A DNA stretch of 63,384 nt, the filler included, from Reticulomyxa filosa (lineage: Eukaryota; Protista; Foraminifera), in NCBI GenBank assembly GCA_000512085.1. It is 15 parts of 15 records of this genome, joined end to end, with 100 filler letters (N's around TTAATTAATTAA, not from the genome) between each part and the next. Parts side by side here need not be neighbours in the genome. Positions count along the whole stretch, not along the records: positions 20,491 to 27,680 come from ASPP01025132.1; positions 27,781 to 37,172 come from ASPP01028265.1; 13 more parts are not named here. The stretch is one strand, 5' to 3'. The number at the start of each line of letters is the position of its first letter. The first letter of the stretch is position 1. Of the stretch, positions 25,948 to 37,172 are shown piece by piece. Under the pieces are notes generated by a model that was not told where the DNA came from, ran no database searches, and saw nothing but the letters and a program-made list of their open reading frames with translations. The position numbers were made by a program, and so were the translations under genes.

Positions 25948-26027
25948 TTGTTATTAAATTTGTCTTTGGTTTGTTTGGTTGTTGTTCGAATATATTGCTT
26001 TTCATTCAATGCAGACAATTGACCAAA
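25948..26027 (+). repeat. Dispersed repeat shared with 39776-39849
   Basis: ttgttattaaatttgtctttg.tttgtttggt...gcttttcattcaatgcagacaattgaccaaa is present at both places. Confidence 0.75.
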
Positions 26028-27270
26028 GGGCCAAACATATTCCTTCATTGCATCACACAAAGGGACAACACAAAGCAATGTATGCTTTTTTCCTCCTCCC
26101 TCTTAGCAAGCCGAAGAAGACACTTTTTGCAAGGTTACTAATAATAAAAAAAAAGGGACAAGAAATTTCGGATAAAAAAAATCACAATAGTCAAGTTAGG
26201 ATCAATCAAATGACCGATTTTCGTGTAAACGCTCTGACGCTGTTGGATGAGCATATGTTGCCCTTGTGTAATGATGATACGCTTCATCAGCATGATTTGT
26301 ACGAAGCAACTGAGATGAAACTGAGTTTGGTATTGACGAACGAGCGAATAAGCAGCTGCTTTCTATTTGCGCATGAAATCAAGCAGTCAATCAAAAGGTA
26401 AAGGGTTACTTGTAGCAAAAAACAGGATAATGGTGTATTTGTATGACGATATCCTGACATATATGGAAGTGAAATACAAGTACATAATCAATTGTTTGCT
26501 GACAATAGAATTGAAAAAAGAGTTTCTGATATAGTACGCACTCGTACGAATTTACTGTCCTTTTATTCACATTTGTATATATACGGGAATATATGATTCA
26601 CAGTAATGTTATGTTGTCTATTTTTTGTTGTTATTATTGTTTGATCTTATCCTTGCAACCACGTCAAACACAACAGATTATAGTGGCATTTGCACTTTGA
26701 GCAAACTTCGAAACGATAAATGGTATTTAAAACAGTTCTCATATTTCGAAACACGAGAAGCAATATCAATGTTATCTGGTATTATGGAGCCTATTACAGT
26801 TTATTTATTTATTGATCCTTTTTGTTTTCTCTTTGTAATAATGTTATAATAATGATAAAAAAAGAAATGAAAGGCATTTGCACAATTATCAATGGATCCA
26901 AAATTATGTCACCTGTTGCAAATGATTGAGTCGTCAATGTCAACAGAATCACATAGTGATAACAAGATTGCCGCAAAAATATTGGTATTCTTGATCATCC
27001 AATTGGAAAGATAATTGCTATTTACCTATTTGCTTTACTGATTAAATTAAAATATATTCAAACAGTCAAATAGTTGTGCTACTACATTACAATTTGGATT
27101 CAATATTAACTTCCTGTATCTTTTTTTTAAATATTACTCCAAAAGTTAAATGGAGACTTTGAATATTAGAATCGATTGAAGCATTATCGGCAAAATTATT
27201 ACTAAATGGTTTGTCCATGGGCAGACATGTGTTGATTGGACACATCTACAACAGCCGAATGACCAATATG

Positions 27271-27570
27271 AGGTGCGCAAACGGCGCTGCAATCGAAATT
27301 GATAGCTGACTCATCGTGAGTTCTTTGCAAAAATGGCAATGGATGCAGTGTTATCATTGGATTCTCATAGCTTGAACTTGGATATGTTGGTGTGGCCAAA
27401 GTCCCTGGAGGTAGTGTGACTTCCAGCGAGTTGGTTCGTGGCGTGGGCTTAAAGAAAACATTAAGCTATGCTGGGTTTGAACAACAGCCCAAAAAATTAA
27501 AAAATTCTAAAGTTGTGTTGTTAAATATTGAATTGGAATTGAAAGCTGAAAAAGAAAATGCTGAAGTTAG
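27271..27570 (+). pseudogene. CCT7: T-complex protein 1 subunit eta (CCT7) internal fragment, frameshifted
   Basis: AQTALQSKLIA / HREFFAKMAMDAVLSLD / [61 protein letters not shown] matches CCT7 (KKTFSYAGFE.QPKK...[16 protein letters not shown]). At least two frame changes lie outside homopolymers. Confidence 0.85.
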
Positions 27571-27850
27571 CAGAGAATTAGAAAAGCACGACTGTTATTT
27601 GAGCTGCGCAAGATTTGCGGGCAAGTTCTTTTTTATTTAAAAAAAAGAACATAATTACAAATTGAAGGTCCAAAAACGACNNNNNNNNNNNNNNNNNNNN
27701 NNNNNNNNNNNNNNNNNNNNNNNNTTAATTAATTAANNNNNNNNNNNNNNNNNNNNNNNNNNNNNNNNNNNNNNNNNNNNTTTTTTTTTTTATAGTTCAT
27801 TTGCTCATTTGTTCATTTATGTCCCCCCTTTGCAAAGCCCCCTTTTTTTT

Positions 27851-28476
27851 CTAAGCACAATTCAGAGCGAGCATATTCGATCTGTGTTTGACGTGAGCAA
27901 TGTGCAGGATCTCTTGCTGCGAAGCATTACTTTTTTCATCGTTGTCATTGTCTAAATTGGGGAAATAAACTCTGCCTTGGTATTTGATTCGGACGCGGCG
28001 TTCCTTACTATGATCAGACGTAGAATACTTAAACACTTCCTCTCCGTCCACTTTATTTGGAGAGTATAACACTGAATTGTCGAAATCGAAGTTTTTATAT
28101 TCTCGTTGGATCTTTTTTTTCAAACTTTTTTTGTTTGTTTTATTTCGAACAGTCATTTGTGACAAATATCTCTTTCATTTTTAATTACTTAACAATCCCC
28201 TAATTACATCTGCTCGTTGCTTGTGACTATCTAATGGAATTTCTTCATCTTCTGGGCGGTCACTATCTCCAAAGTGTACCATATAGCGGTAGACTGTGGC
28301 TGACGATCCCACTCTCACCCGAACCGCATTTACAATCAACCGGAACCTATGTTCTTTTTTTGTTTTGTCCAACACAAACTAGTCTTTGTTCAATATTTTT
28401 ATTTTCTCAAACCATTAGGCAGGATTTGTCTAGGAGGATGTCCAGGCATGGGCTCTTCTGTTGAGTTATTACTCAT
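27851..28476 (-). CDS. Piwi/Argonaute-family N-terminal domain, 5' exons
   Basis: PPRQ..., FRLIVNAVRVRVGSSATVYRYMVHF...RADVIRGLL...FDFDNSVLYSPNKV...RVRIKYQGRV fits the Argonaute N-domain pattern (L.aN.f.l...iy.Y.V.f ... fDg..lys). PAZ and PIWI domains are absent because of the spacer. Confidence 0.6.
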
Positions 28477-28844
28477 TTTCGTTTCTTTTTTTTAATAAAA
28501 AATAATAAATAGGGAGTGAAGAACTACTCCAAAAAAAGAGTGATACTGCCCCTTAGTGTGCTCGTTTGATTTCAATTTTTAAACTTTTTGTTTGTATGTG
28601 CAAATAGTGAAAATTTGTGATGAATAGTCTAAACCGATTGGAGCAAATGTATGATATTTCCAATGCGCAACAAAAATAAAAATACGTTCAACACAGTGTT
28701 TAAAATATTTGTCAAAAAAAACTCATCAAGTATTCAACAAAATTGAAATTATTGAATGAGAAAATATTTGATCATGACAACAATTATATTGTTAATATTA
28801 ATTGCGTCTTTTTATTAATTTTTTTTTCGAAAAGGAAAGAAAAA

Positions 28845-29345
28845 TTAGACTAGAATATCTTCTTTTTCTTTTTCGTCATTTTGACGAGGTGTTCCACAGA
28901 TAGAGGATATATATTCTAGAATAGCTGTTTTGACATCTAAAATATTTGCAAAAATTCCCATTTCAATAAAAACTGGACCAAGATATGATAACCCAACTTC
29001 ACCATAAGTTGGGCCAAAACCAGCAGACAAACTTCGACCAATTCCAAAGTCAATATACAAGTTGTTTGCAGCATATCCAAGTCCAAAAAATACTCCGCTT
29101 GTTTCATGACAAAGACCTATTTCCGCATACAATCCGGTTGAACATATTCCTGTTGACCCATATATGCCAACTTCTATCATTTTTTTTTTGTTCTCTCCTT
29201 TTAACTTACTAAAAAAAATGAAGATTTTATAAAGATTAACAGGAAGTATATTTAAATATATTTGATTGCTAAAATTCAATCGACTTAATATACTAACAAT
29301 AATCCAAACAAGACCAACGCAATATGTAATACCTATCTCCACTGG
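28845..29345 (-). CDS. Hypothetical Gly/hydrophobic-rich small protein
   Basis: Open frame with many x-G-hydrophobic repeats (EVGIYG, EIGLC, FFGLG, DFGIG, EVGLS, EMGIF). Probable intron at about 29180-29290. Confidence 0.4.
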   Translation of the reverse strand, partial: PVEIGITYCVGLVWIIVSILSRLNFSNQIYLNILPVNLYKIFIFFSKLKGENKKKMIEVGIYGSTGICSTGLYAEIGLCHETSGVFFGLGYAANNLYIDFGIGRSLSAGFGPTYGEVGLSYLGPVFIEMGIFANILDVKTAILEYISSICGTPRQNDEKEKEDILV

Positions 29346-29797
29346 TTATATCAAGATCAAAAAGCTTCTTATTTTATAGATAATTGTATGGTTCACTAAC
29401 CCATAAAACTGATGTACAAATTTGAATATCTGCCTAATACAAAAATAATACGTTATACGAAGCGCTCTTTTATATTTCAATGATCATTTCTTCTCAATAT
29501 ATGCATTAAGTTTAGTGTAGTCCGTATTCCAAAATAGTACAGTTGTTGATCGTACACCAAAGTGACACACTAAAACAAAGATGTAATTTTTTTTTGGAAC
29601 GGTTCACAAATGATGAAATTTTCATTTTAATTGTATTTTATATGTCAAGGGGGTGATAATAAACAAAAGTAGATCCATTCAAATATACAATGATAAAAAC
29701 AAAGCACCACCCAAGACTAAAAAAAATATGAAGAATTGATAAAAAAAAAGACTGACAATTACTTAGTCAATGTTATTATGTCAATATTATTAATCCA

Positions 29798-32700
29798 TCA
29801 TTCCTCCATTTTGTTTTCTGCTGTGGTACAAACTGCCTGTAATTCCTGCAAAGCACCAACCCATTTATCGGCCTCAATTCCGGTTTTTTGTTTCCAAGCA
29901 AACAACAAATTCTCGACCGTTGGGGTCTACGGATATTATTTCAATACCGCACTCTTTTGGGACTTTGCGCATGGATGGATGACTATTCCCAGCGCGGATT
30001 TCTTGAATGGATTTCATGTTTAATTGTTTTGATCCTTTCTTTCCATTGGGATCTTCAAATAGCAACAATTCGCATGTTTCATCTACACGGACTAATTTCT
30101 TTTTTGCTTTTCCTAAATAAGTGTGATCAAGAAATAAAATGGTAAAAAAAAAAAATTATGTACAACAAATGGTCGTTTTACCTTCACCATGTTTGCGCAT
30201 GACCGTGCCAGCAGTCATAAGTCGTAAATTCGTTTTGTCAATTCGATCTCTTACAGGTACGCTGTAATGCTTTGCCGTGTGACCAATTTTTTTGGATTTT
30301 AATCGAATAGCCTTGTCAAATTCGGCCCACTCTTTGTCAAAGGTTCAAAGTCAGAATTTTTTTCGACGATATGTTGCAAAATAGCATATGCATTGGTTCG
30401 AGCAATTTCCTCGCCTGCTTTTACTTCGGTGTAGAGGAAGTTGGATAGCGTGCGCAAGTATCTGGCAACAATGCCTTTGCGTTCTGCATTTGCATTTGCA
30501 CTGTTGACAATGACAGCAACGGCACCTCGTTTGACTAATGGCCTTGACGCGGTTGGGTGAACTGACAATTTGGACAATGCCATCGCAGCATTTCCCAAAA
30601 ACAGTGCATTGTCGTGATGTGCTTCAATAGCTTTCAACAAAGGTACTACACCTCCGCGAGCATAGACTTGTGCATTTTCCTCCAACCCGCAAAAGTTTAC
30701 TACGACTTTGATCACTTCGTTCATGATTTCAATATTTGCCCAATTGTCTTTCTCGCTGCTTATGCTCACCATTAAGTCAACAATGCCTTCATTTGCAATT
30801 ATTTTGGCTGCCTCGTCTGTGGATATCATTTTGCACAAGGCCTGACATCCTAATACAACTAATGAGGTTTGGTTTCGATTGTCTTCCAACAATTGTGCCA
30901 CTGCCCGACAGCCTCCGCTTTCCGTCAAGTTGTTGGCAATGTCTGTGTTCGCTGCAAGGATTTTCAATAACTTGCAGCACAACGACGTTACTGACTCTTC
31001 GAATACTAGTTCCTTCATGATTTCGTATATGCGAATGTGTCCTTTTTTGTCCAAAAACGCCACGCGTTTGATGCCTCGTTCATCAGGTTACCAACACATC
31101 CCAAACATGACTTTTGAATCTCAATTTCGTCAGGATAGCCCTTGCTTACTGCCAATATCAAATCCAACACTCCCAATTGCACCATGATATGTGCGACTGT
31201 TTAAAACGAGTGATATACAATACATAGATAATATTTTTTTTTTACAAGTTTGAGGCTTTAACTCATTCAAATTAAACATTTAATTATTGTAGTTAGACAT
31301 TTCAAAGAAAAGTTTCAAACCTTTTTCGTGACTGCTCAAATTTGCTAACACCACAACACCCATTTGAATAAGAGATCGATGATCGGTGTTCTTTTGCATT
31401 GTGTCCATGACAATCGCTACAGTATCTTGTTTGATCAATTGCTTTACATTGTCGGGGACATATGCCAAATTGGCCAAACATCGAAAAGCGGAGATGACCA
31501 CAGGCTCGTCTCCATCGTTTGTGCATCGATTAAATTGACGCAGACAATCAATGGTAGCCTTAGCACCTCCACTACGGCAGATCAACATTTTGTTTTTATC
31601 ACTGTTGTGACACAGGTTTACCAACACGTTCAATGCCGACTCGCACAAAAAGTTGACGACTTTATGTCGCTTCAATACGCCAACAATGTCTGCAATACCA
31701 CCCAACTCAATCACTTGAGTCATGTTGTCGGCATTGTTAAATGTCAAGTTGCTCAAGATGTAACAGCATTTGTCGAGCAACTCAATGTCCATCGGATGGG
31801 CACGAATGGTTTCCAAAATCAAGCGAATCAATCCGTGCATTCCCAACAAGGTCTTCAACTTTTCGTCACTTGACAAAGTGCCCAATGCGTCCAAGCAAGC
31901 TCCCAAAGGTCCACCGTTATCGAAATTAGCTTGTGCTTGTCGCAACAAATCTGCTATGCCTCCGCCGTTCACCATGGAGTCGTAAGTCTCTCCATCTTGT
32001 TTTTTTTTTTTTGCAGTGGAATAATTGATTTTTTTTTTGACAATTAAAATAACACATACAAACATATAAATATAATATATGGATAAAAGTATCTATGCAC
32101 CTCCGCCATTCAATCGACGGTTAATTTCATTGGCTCCACTTTGCACCAATTTAGGATTCTTTGCGCCTTTGACAGTGTCGATCAACTCTTCGGCACCCCA
32201 CTCGCTCATAATTTTCATCAGTTGTTCAGGGTCCATGTTGGCCAACTGTGCCATGGTCATGGTTCCAAATGGCTTCACGTCTCCAGTCATCTTTCCAATG
32301 TTCGGGTTGTACAGATACTGATCAATAGTCTTGATTGCCTGTGAAATCTTGGGTCCAACGTCCATGTTCATCTTATGATACTCTAATCCTTTTTGCAAAA
32401 ATTCGGGAATGCCTTCTGCTTGCAAGGCTTGTGCAACTTGAGGCCCCGTCTTTTCGTCTTTCAGCAGGCCATTGATCAAATCAGCAAATGCGCCCATCAT
32501 CGCTGGATTCTTCACATTGCCTTGAATGGCTTTCAGAGCGGTTTCCAAGGTGAGAGGCTGGCACAATGTATCAATGACGGATGGATCGTTGTGTTGCGCT
32601 AATGCAGCTAACAATTTCAGACCTTGCAATTGCACTCCGATATCATCTGGATGTTCGAGCATGCATTGCACCACGGCCTCAGGAACACCAGCTTCCTCCA

Positions 32701-35700
32701 AGCGCAAAAATGCGCCATTGACCAATGCGCATCGCAGTAAATTTTCTAATCCTGCTGCAACAATTTTTGGGTTGTCATAGTAATTTTGGATGCCTTCCAA
32801 GATTCCGGCCACCTTTCCTGATGTATGCATATAAACATTACACATATGCATACAATATAAATATATAAATACAAATGTATGTATTATATTACGTAATACT
32901 CATGTGGTTGTGTAATTTGGAGTTACCTTCTTGTACGTATTTGGAAGCATACTCTGGATCGTCCAAGAGACCAGCCAATTTGGCCAACTCGGCCATCATA
33001 TCTTCGGTTCGATCTTGCGCGTCATTAATTTCCTTTTCTTCGATATTTACGCCGTCAGGTTGGTAATCCAGCGCAGACAAGTTTTTCAGTTCGTCCAGAT
33101 TGCCTAAGTCGTTGTGCAACAAGCCGTCCAAAAGGCCTTGCACCAGTTGTTGCACTTCCACCGAAGTATTGTCTTGTTTGAGGATTTTGTTCAGCTCGTC
33201 TTCTAGTCCAATTTTTTTGAATTGGTCGAGCGTGGCGGGATCGGCATTGGCTAGAGCTTTGATTGCGTCAAAGATGTGTTTGAGCACTTCGGGGTCATTG
33301 GAGTGGGCTTGAATGGCCGAGAGCAGGGGTTGGGCGTTTTCTTTTGCCAATTGCTGTGCCAAGTGTGGATGTAAAGTGACCAAATCTCGGATCATGTCAC
33401 TTGAAGCAATCACGGCATCGCGATCATCGGGCTTGGCCAACAAAGTGCCGGTGATGGCCTTTAATAGCCCGGCGTTGACCAGTGTTTTCACCAAATCGGG
33501 GTTATCCAATGGCATATATCCAACCAATCCCGCATATTTGCGGAACAACACATCGTAATCGGGGTTGCTTGCCATGACTTTGGTGACGGCGGGCAAAATA
33601 CCACTATCAAGAATCATCTTTTGACCGGTCTTTGTTTTGGCCAGATTTTCCAATGCGTCCATCACAGCGTTCATCACAATTTCTTCTTCTCCGAATCTTT
33701 CAACCAAGTTTTTCAGCTGGTCAATGCCATTCACTTTTCCAAATTCTGTTGCTGTCTTCGGATCTCCCAACAGACGCCCAAGTGCGCGGATCGCGTTTGC
33801 GATAATGGCGAGATCCTCCGGCGACAGGTCCTTCTGCTTGCATTTGAATTGCACCAAGTCCAACAGCGCGTTGACTCCGCCTTTGCCGGCAAAGTATTGT
33901 GCATTTTCAGTAATCAAAGCCAAATTGCCCAACAAACCCAAGGCCTCAGTTATCATTTTGTTGTCATATTGGCCAAAGTTAAATAGAATATTCAATGCTT
34001 TCGTCAAGTCGTCCTCGCCTGCCAACACTTTCAAAGCTGCCGCACCGCTCTCCACCAATCGCAGCAAATCGGGATTGGCTTGCATGGCCTTTGAGATTAT
34101 TCCCACTGCATCCATTTGTTGCATATCCTTCAAATACTTGGGATCCAACCTGGCCACCAACTTAATTGTTGGGTGGTATGTACAACACACATTTCAACAC
34201 GATATATTGTTATTGTAGATAATAAGTATATGTTCGCAGGATTTGGTTCATTTCCAACAAATAAAACAAAACAATAAAATAAAATGAAATAAAAAGAATT
34301 GAAACTGCTAATAATTCACACCCATTGACGGCCAATTTGGGATTTTCGGGGTGCATTTTCATTGCGTCCAAGACGTTTCTGTAAATTTTTTTCTCACCAA
34401 TGGCTCGTGCGATATCGGGCTGAATTTGTGCCAACAAGTTGAGCGTTTGGACCAAGGATCCGGCCAGTTCACTGTTGGAAATGTTCTTGGACAAACAGTT
34501 TTGCAAGACGTCCAAAGCACCTTTTTTCAGAAGGGCGTCTGCGACCTTCTTCGGGTTGCTCGAGTGTTTCAAGCAACTGTCGATAATGTCTAACGCATAG
34601 GCACCACATTCATTGGGGTGATTTTTCAATATGTCCAAACATTCATCCAGTATCCCACATTCCGCAATCTTGTCACTAAACTCAGGTGACGCCTTTGCCA
34701 TATTCTTCAGCAACCGCGCCATTTCTTTCATTATTGCCGGCGAGGATTTGTGATATTTCATCACTTCGCGAATCAGGTCAATTCCTCCTTGTTCCACAAC
34801 GTACTCACAGTTGAATCTGTTCTCGGCAAGATTGGCTATTTATCCATCACACAACAACCACCTTTTTTTTTTTTTTGAAAATACACTGCAAACAGTTCTT
34901 TTTTCTACGTGATTGGTACAAAAAAAATAAAAAATAAGCCATAAGTACAACAATATATCGTCTTACGAACTACCAGTTTGAAAAAAAAAAAATCATATGA
35001 TCTTTGAAATGTGTTTTTTTTTTTTACTCTACCCTTATTGCAATTCCAAAAAAAAAAAAACAAAACAAACCTAAGCAATTGACGTTATAAATGATCATTC
35101 GTCCGAATTTAGGTTTGTTACGAACCGAGCTAAGGTTCACTTTGATCGCATCTTCGTTACGACCAGCAGCACGGGCCGCTTTGCTGAGAACTAGCTTTTT
35201 TTTGAACTCAACTGCTTTGGCTCGCGACCCAAATTTACTTAAGTCGACATCATTACCTGTCGGACTCGAGGTTGATTTGGGCTTTTGCTGTTTACAATTT
35301 TGAATTCAAATTTTTTTTTTTTTTTTTACGTACCAAAAAAAAAAAGTATACGTACACATAACATTGACAGCGGCTGGTGGCAATTTCTTTGAAGGTGAAG
35401 GGGGTAAAGTTGTCTTCTTTGCCGATGCGAGGTTCGGACTGCTACCGTCATTGCCTTGCTTTCCTGATGGTCTACCTGGTGCCGGTGGCGGCCTTCGGTT
35501 AGGCTCCGGTGGAGGTGGCTTGTTTGGGCTCGAAGGGGCATTGCCTGGAACCGCAGGGAGAGACTTGCTCGACACTGAAGTGGGGATTGCTGGTGGTAGC
35601 TTTGCCGTGTTGTTCACTGGCACCGATGGTGGTGTCTTTGGGACGTTGGTGGCAGGTGGGGGCTTTGTCACATTGTTGACTGATGGGCTTTTGCCTATTG

Positions 35701-35956
35701 CCGGTGGGGGCACTTTCGTGACATTGCCACTCGGGGACGACGATACTGGCGCTGATGCTACTGCTGATGTTGAAGATGAAGATGATGTGGGGGGCTTTTG
35801 TGGAGCTTTAGTATCTGACGATTGGGTTATCAGACGCTTCGCTTCCATAAAGTTCACACTTGGCAAATCTTTTCTTTGTTTGCTGAATTGAATTAATTGC
35901 TCGGCGCTTTTTGGAGGTTCCCCAAATTTCTCAATGTACGCGTTAAAGACCTCCAT
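29798..35956 (-). CDS. Large armadillo-repeat protein with a Pro-rich N-terminus and a C-terminal PH domain, multi-exon
   Basis: Exons 35956-35360 (PPP-rich), 35300-35070, 34840-34300, 34180-32925, 32820-32095, 32000-31320, 31080-30180 and 30090-29798 (approximate). Many ARM units (GGI..L...L..H...C..L.NL). The C-terminal RLMTAGTVMRKHG...LLLFEDPNGKKGSKQLNMKSIQEIRAG...FVVCLETK..EADKWVGALQEL is PH-like. TGA at 29798-29800. Confidence 0.85.
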
Positions 35957-36423
35957 TTGCCTATAACAACCCACAAAGAGTAAAATACATTATTATTATT
36001 GTTTTTTAACATTTTCTTTACATACCCTTGCTTGGAGTATTAGGTATTTCCCGTAAAATAAAAAAAAGAAATATTGAGTTTTTTCAGTGCGCCTTGCAGT
36101 ACATTGTGTTTTCCTTTTTTTTGCTGAAGCTTCCTGCAGAGTTTTACCTGTTATTCAATTGACGTGTGTAAACTGTGGTTGATACAGTTTGATGAATTAT
36201 ACTCGTAGAGTACTCCATATTTTTAGTTTTTCTCATTCTGTTAACCGTCGCATTCAATCCTTTCATCACAAGATCTTGACACGAAAGTTTACAACATCTA
36301 ATCGAAGCTGTGTCTTACCAACAAAAACGTGGCAAAGAGAAAGCATCGCTAACTTGTCGTTGCAAGTCCAACGTGTTTGTGTTTTTTTTGCAAACAGAAG
36401 GTCCAATTGTTTCAGTTTTCTAG

Positions 36424-37172
36424 ATGTTACCACGCACTTTTTCTGGTCATGACGGTAACACATCGAGCGCAGTTGACAAAAATAGAAAGCAGCATGTGAT
36501 TAAAGTGCATTACGGTGATATAGTGCGGCTTAGCAACAGATGGTTGGGTGAAGTGGTGTACATAGGGCCATTAAACGGGCGAGAGGGCGACTGGTACGGA
36601 ATAAATCTGTGGCATCCATATGGAAAGCATAATGGGAGATATAAGAGGCGCACGTATTTTCTGGCGAAAGTCCATCACGGAGTATTTGTGAAGATGAAGC
36701 AAATCGAGGAAGTGGTGGCAAAGACGACGTTTGAAAAGTGTCTGAGCATCCATGATCTAGTGTATCTCCCACCATTGGATATGTGTGGAAGTATAAAGTT
36801 TGTAGGCTATTGCCATCTTTTTCCGGAGTCTCGAAAGCGAGCGTATCCGTACATAGGAGTGGAACTGATCGGACCTGACAGCACAGAACAACCGTTGTTT
36901 CAGCGTCACAACGGGACGGTGGATGGCATTACGTACTTTGAGTGTCACCAACGAGCGAACAATGGTGTCATTGTGCCTGCTCAAATGGTGTCTTCCGAGC
37001 TCAATAGTGCACCGCGAATGAAGACGAAAAATCCACAGAAAACCAGCGTGTCCCCGCCGCTGTCGCCTTGTCTTCAAAGCAACGTAGACCAGCACACCTT
37101 GCCTGCTGTCAACGCACGTTGCAAGCAAGCCTTGCTCGTACACGTCATATTAATAATAATAATAATAATAAT
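36424..37172 (+). CDS. Tandem CAP-Gly domain protein, 5' part
   Basis: GEVVYIGPLNGREGDWYGINLWHPYGKHNGRYKRRTYF..KVHHGVFVK and GSIKFVG...YIGVELIG...RHNGTVDGITYFEC...NNGVIVP. Confidence 0.9.

Noticed and set aside
29870-29895. Programmed frameshifts in the PH exon and other genes (also about 15010-15080, 30290-30320, 31080)
   Set aside because: Most shifts fall in or near homopolymer runs of a draft assembly, so sequencing error is more likely. Reads would be needed to decide.
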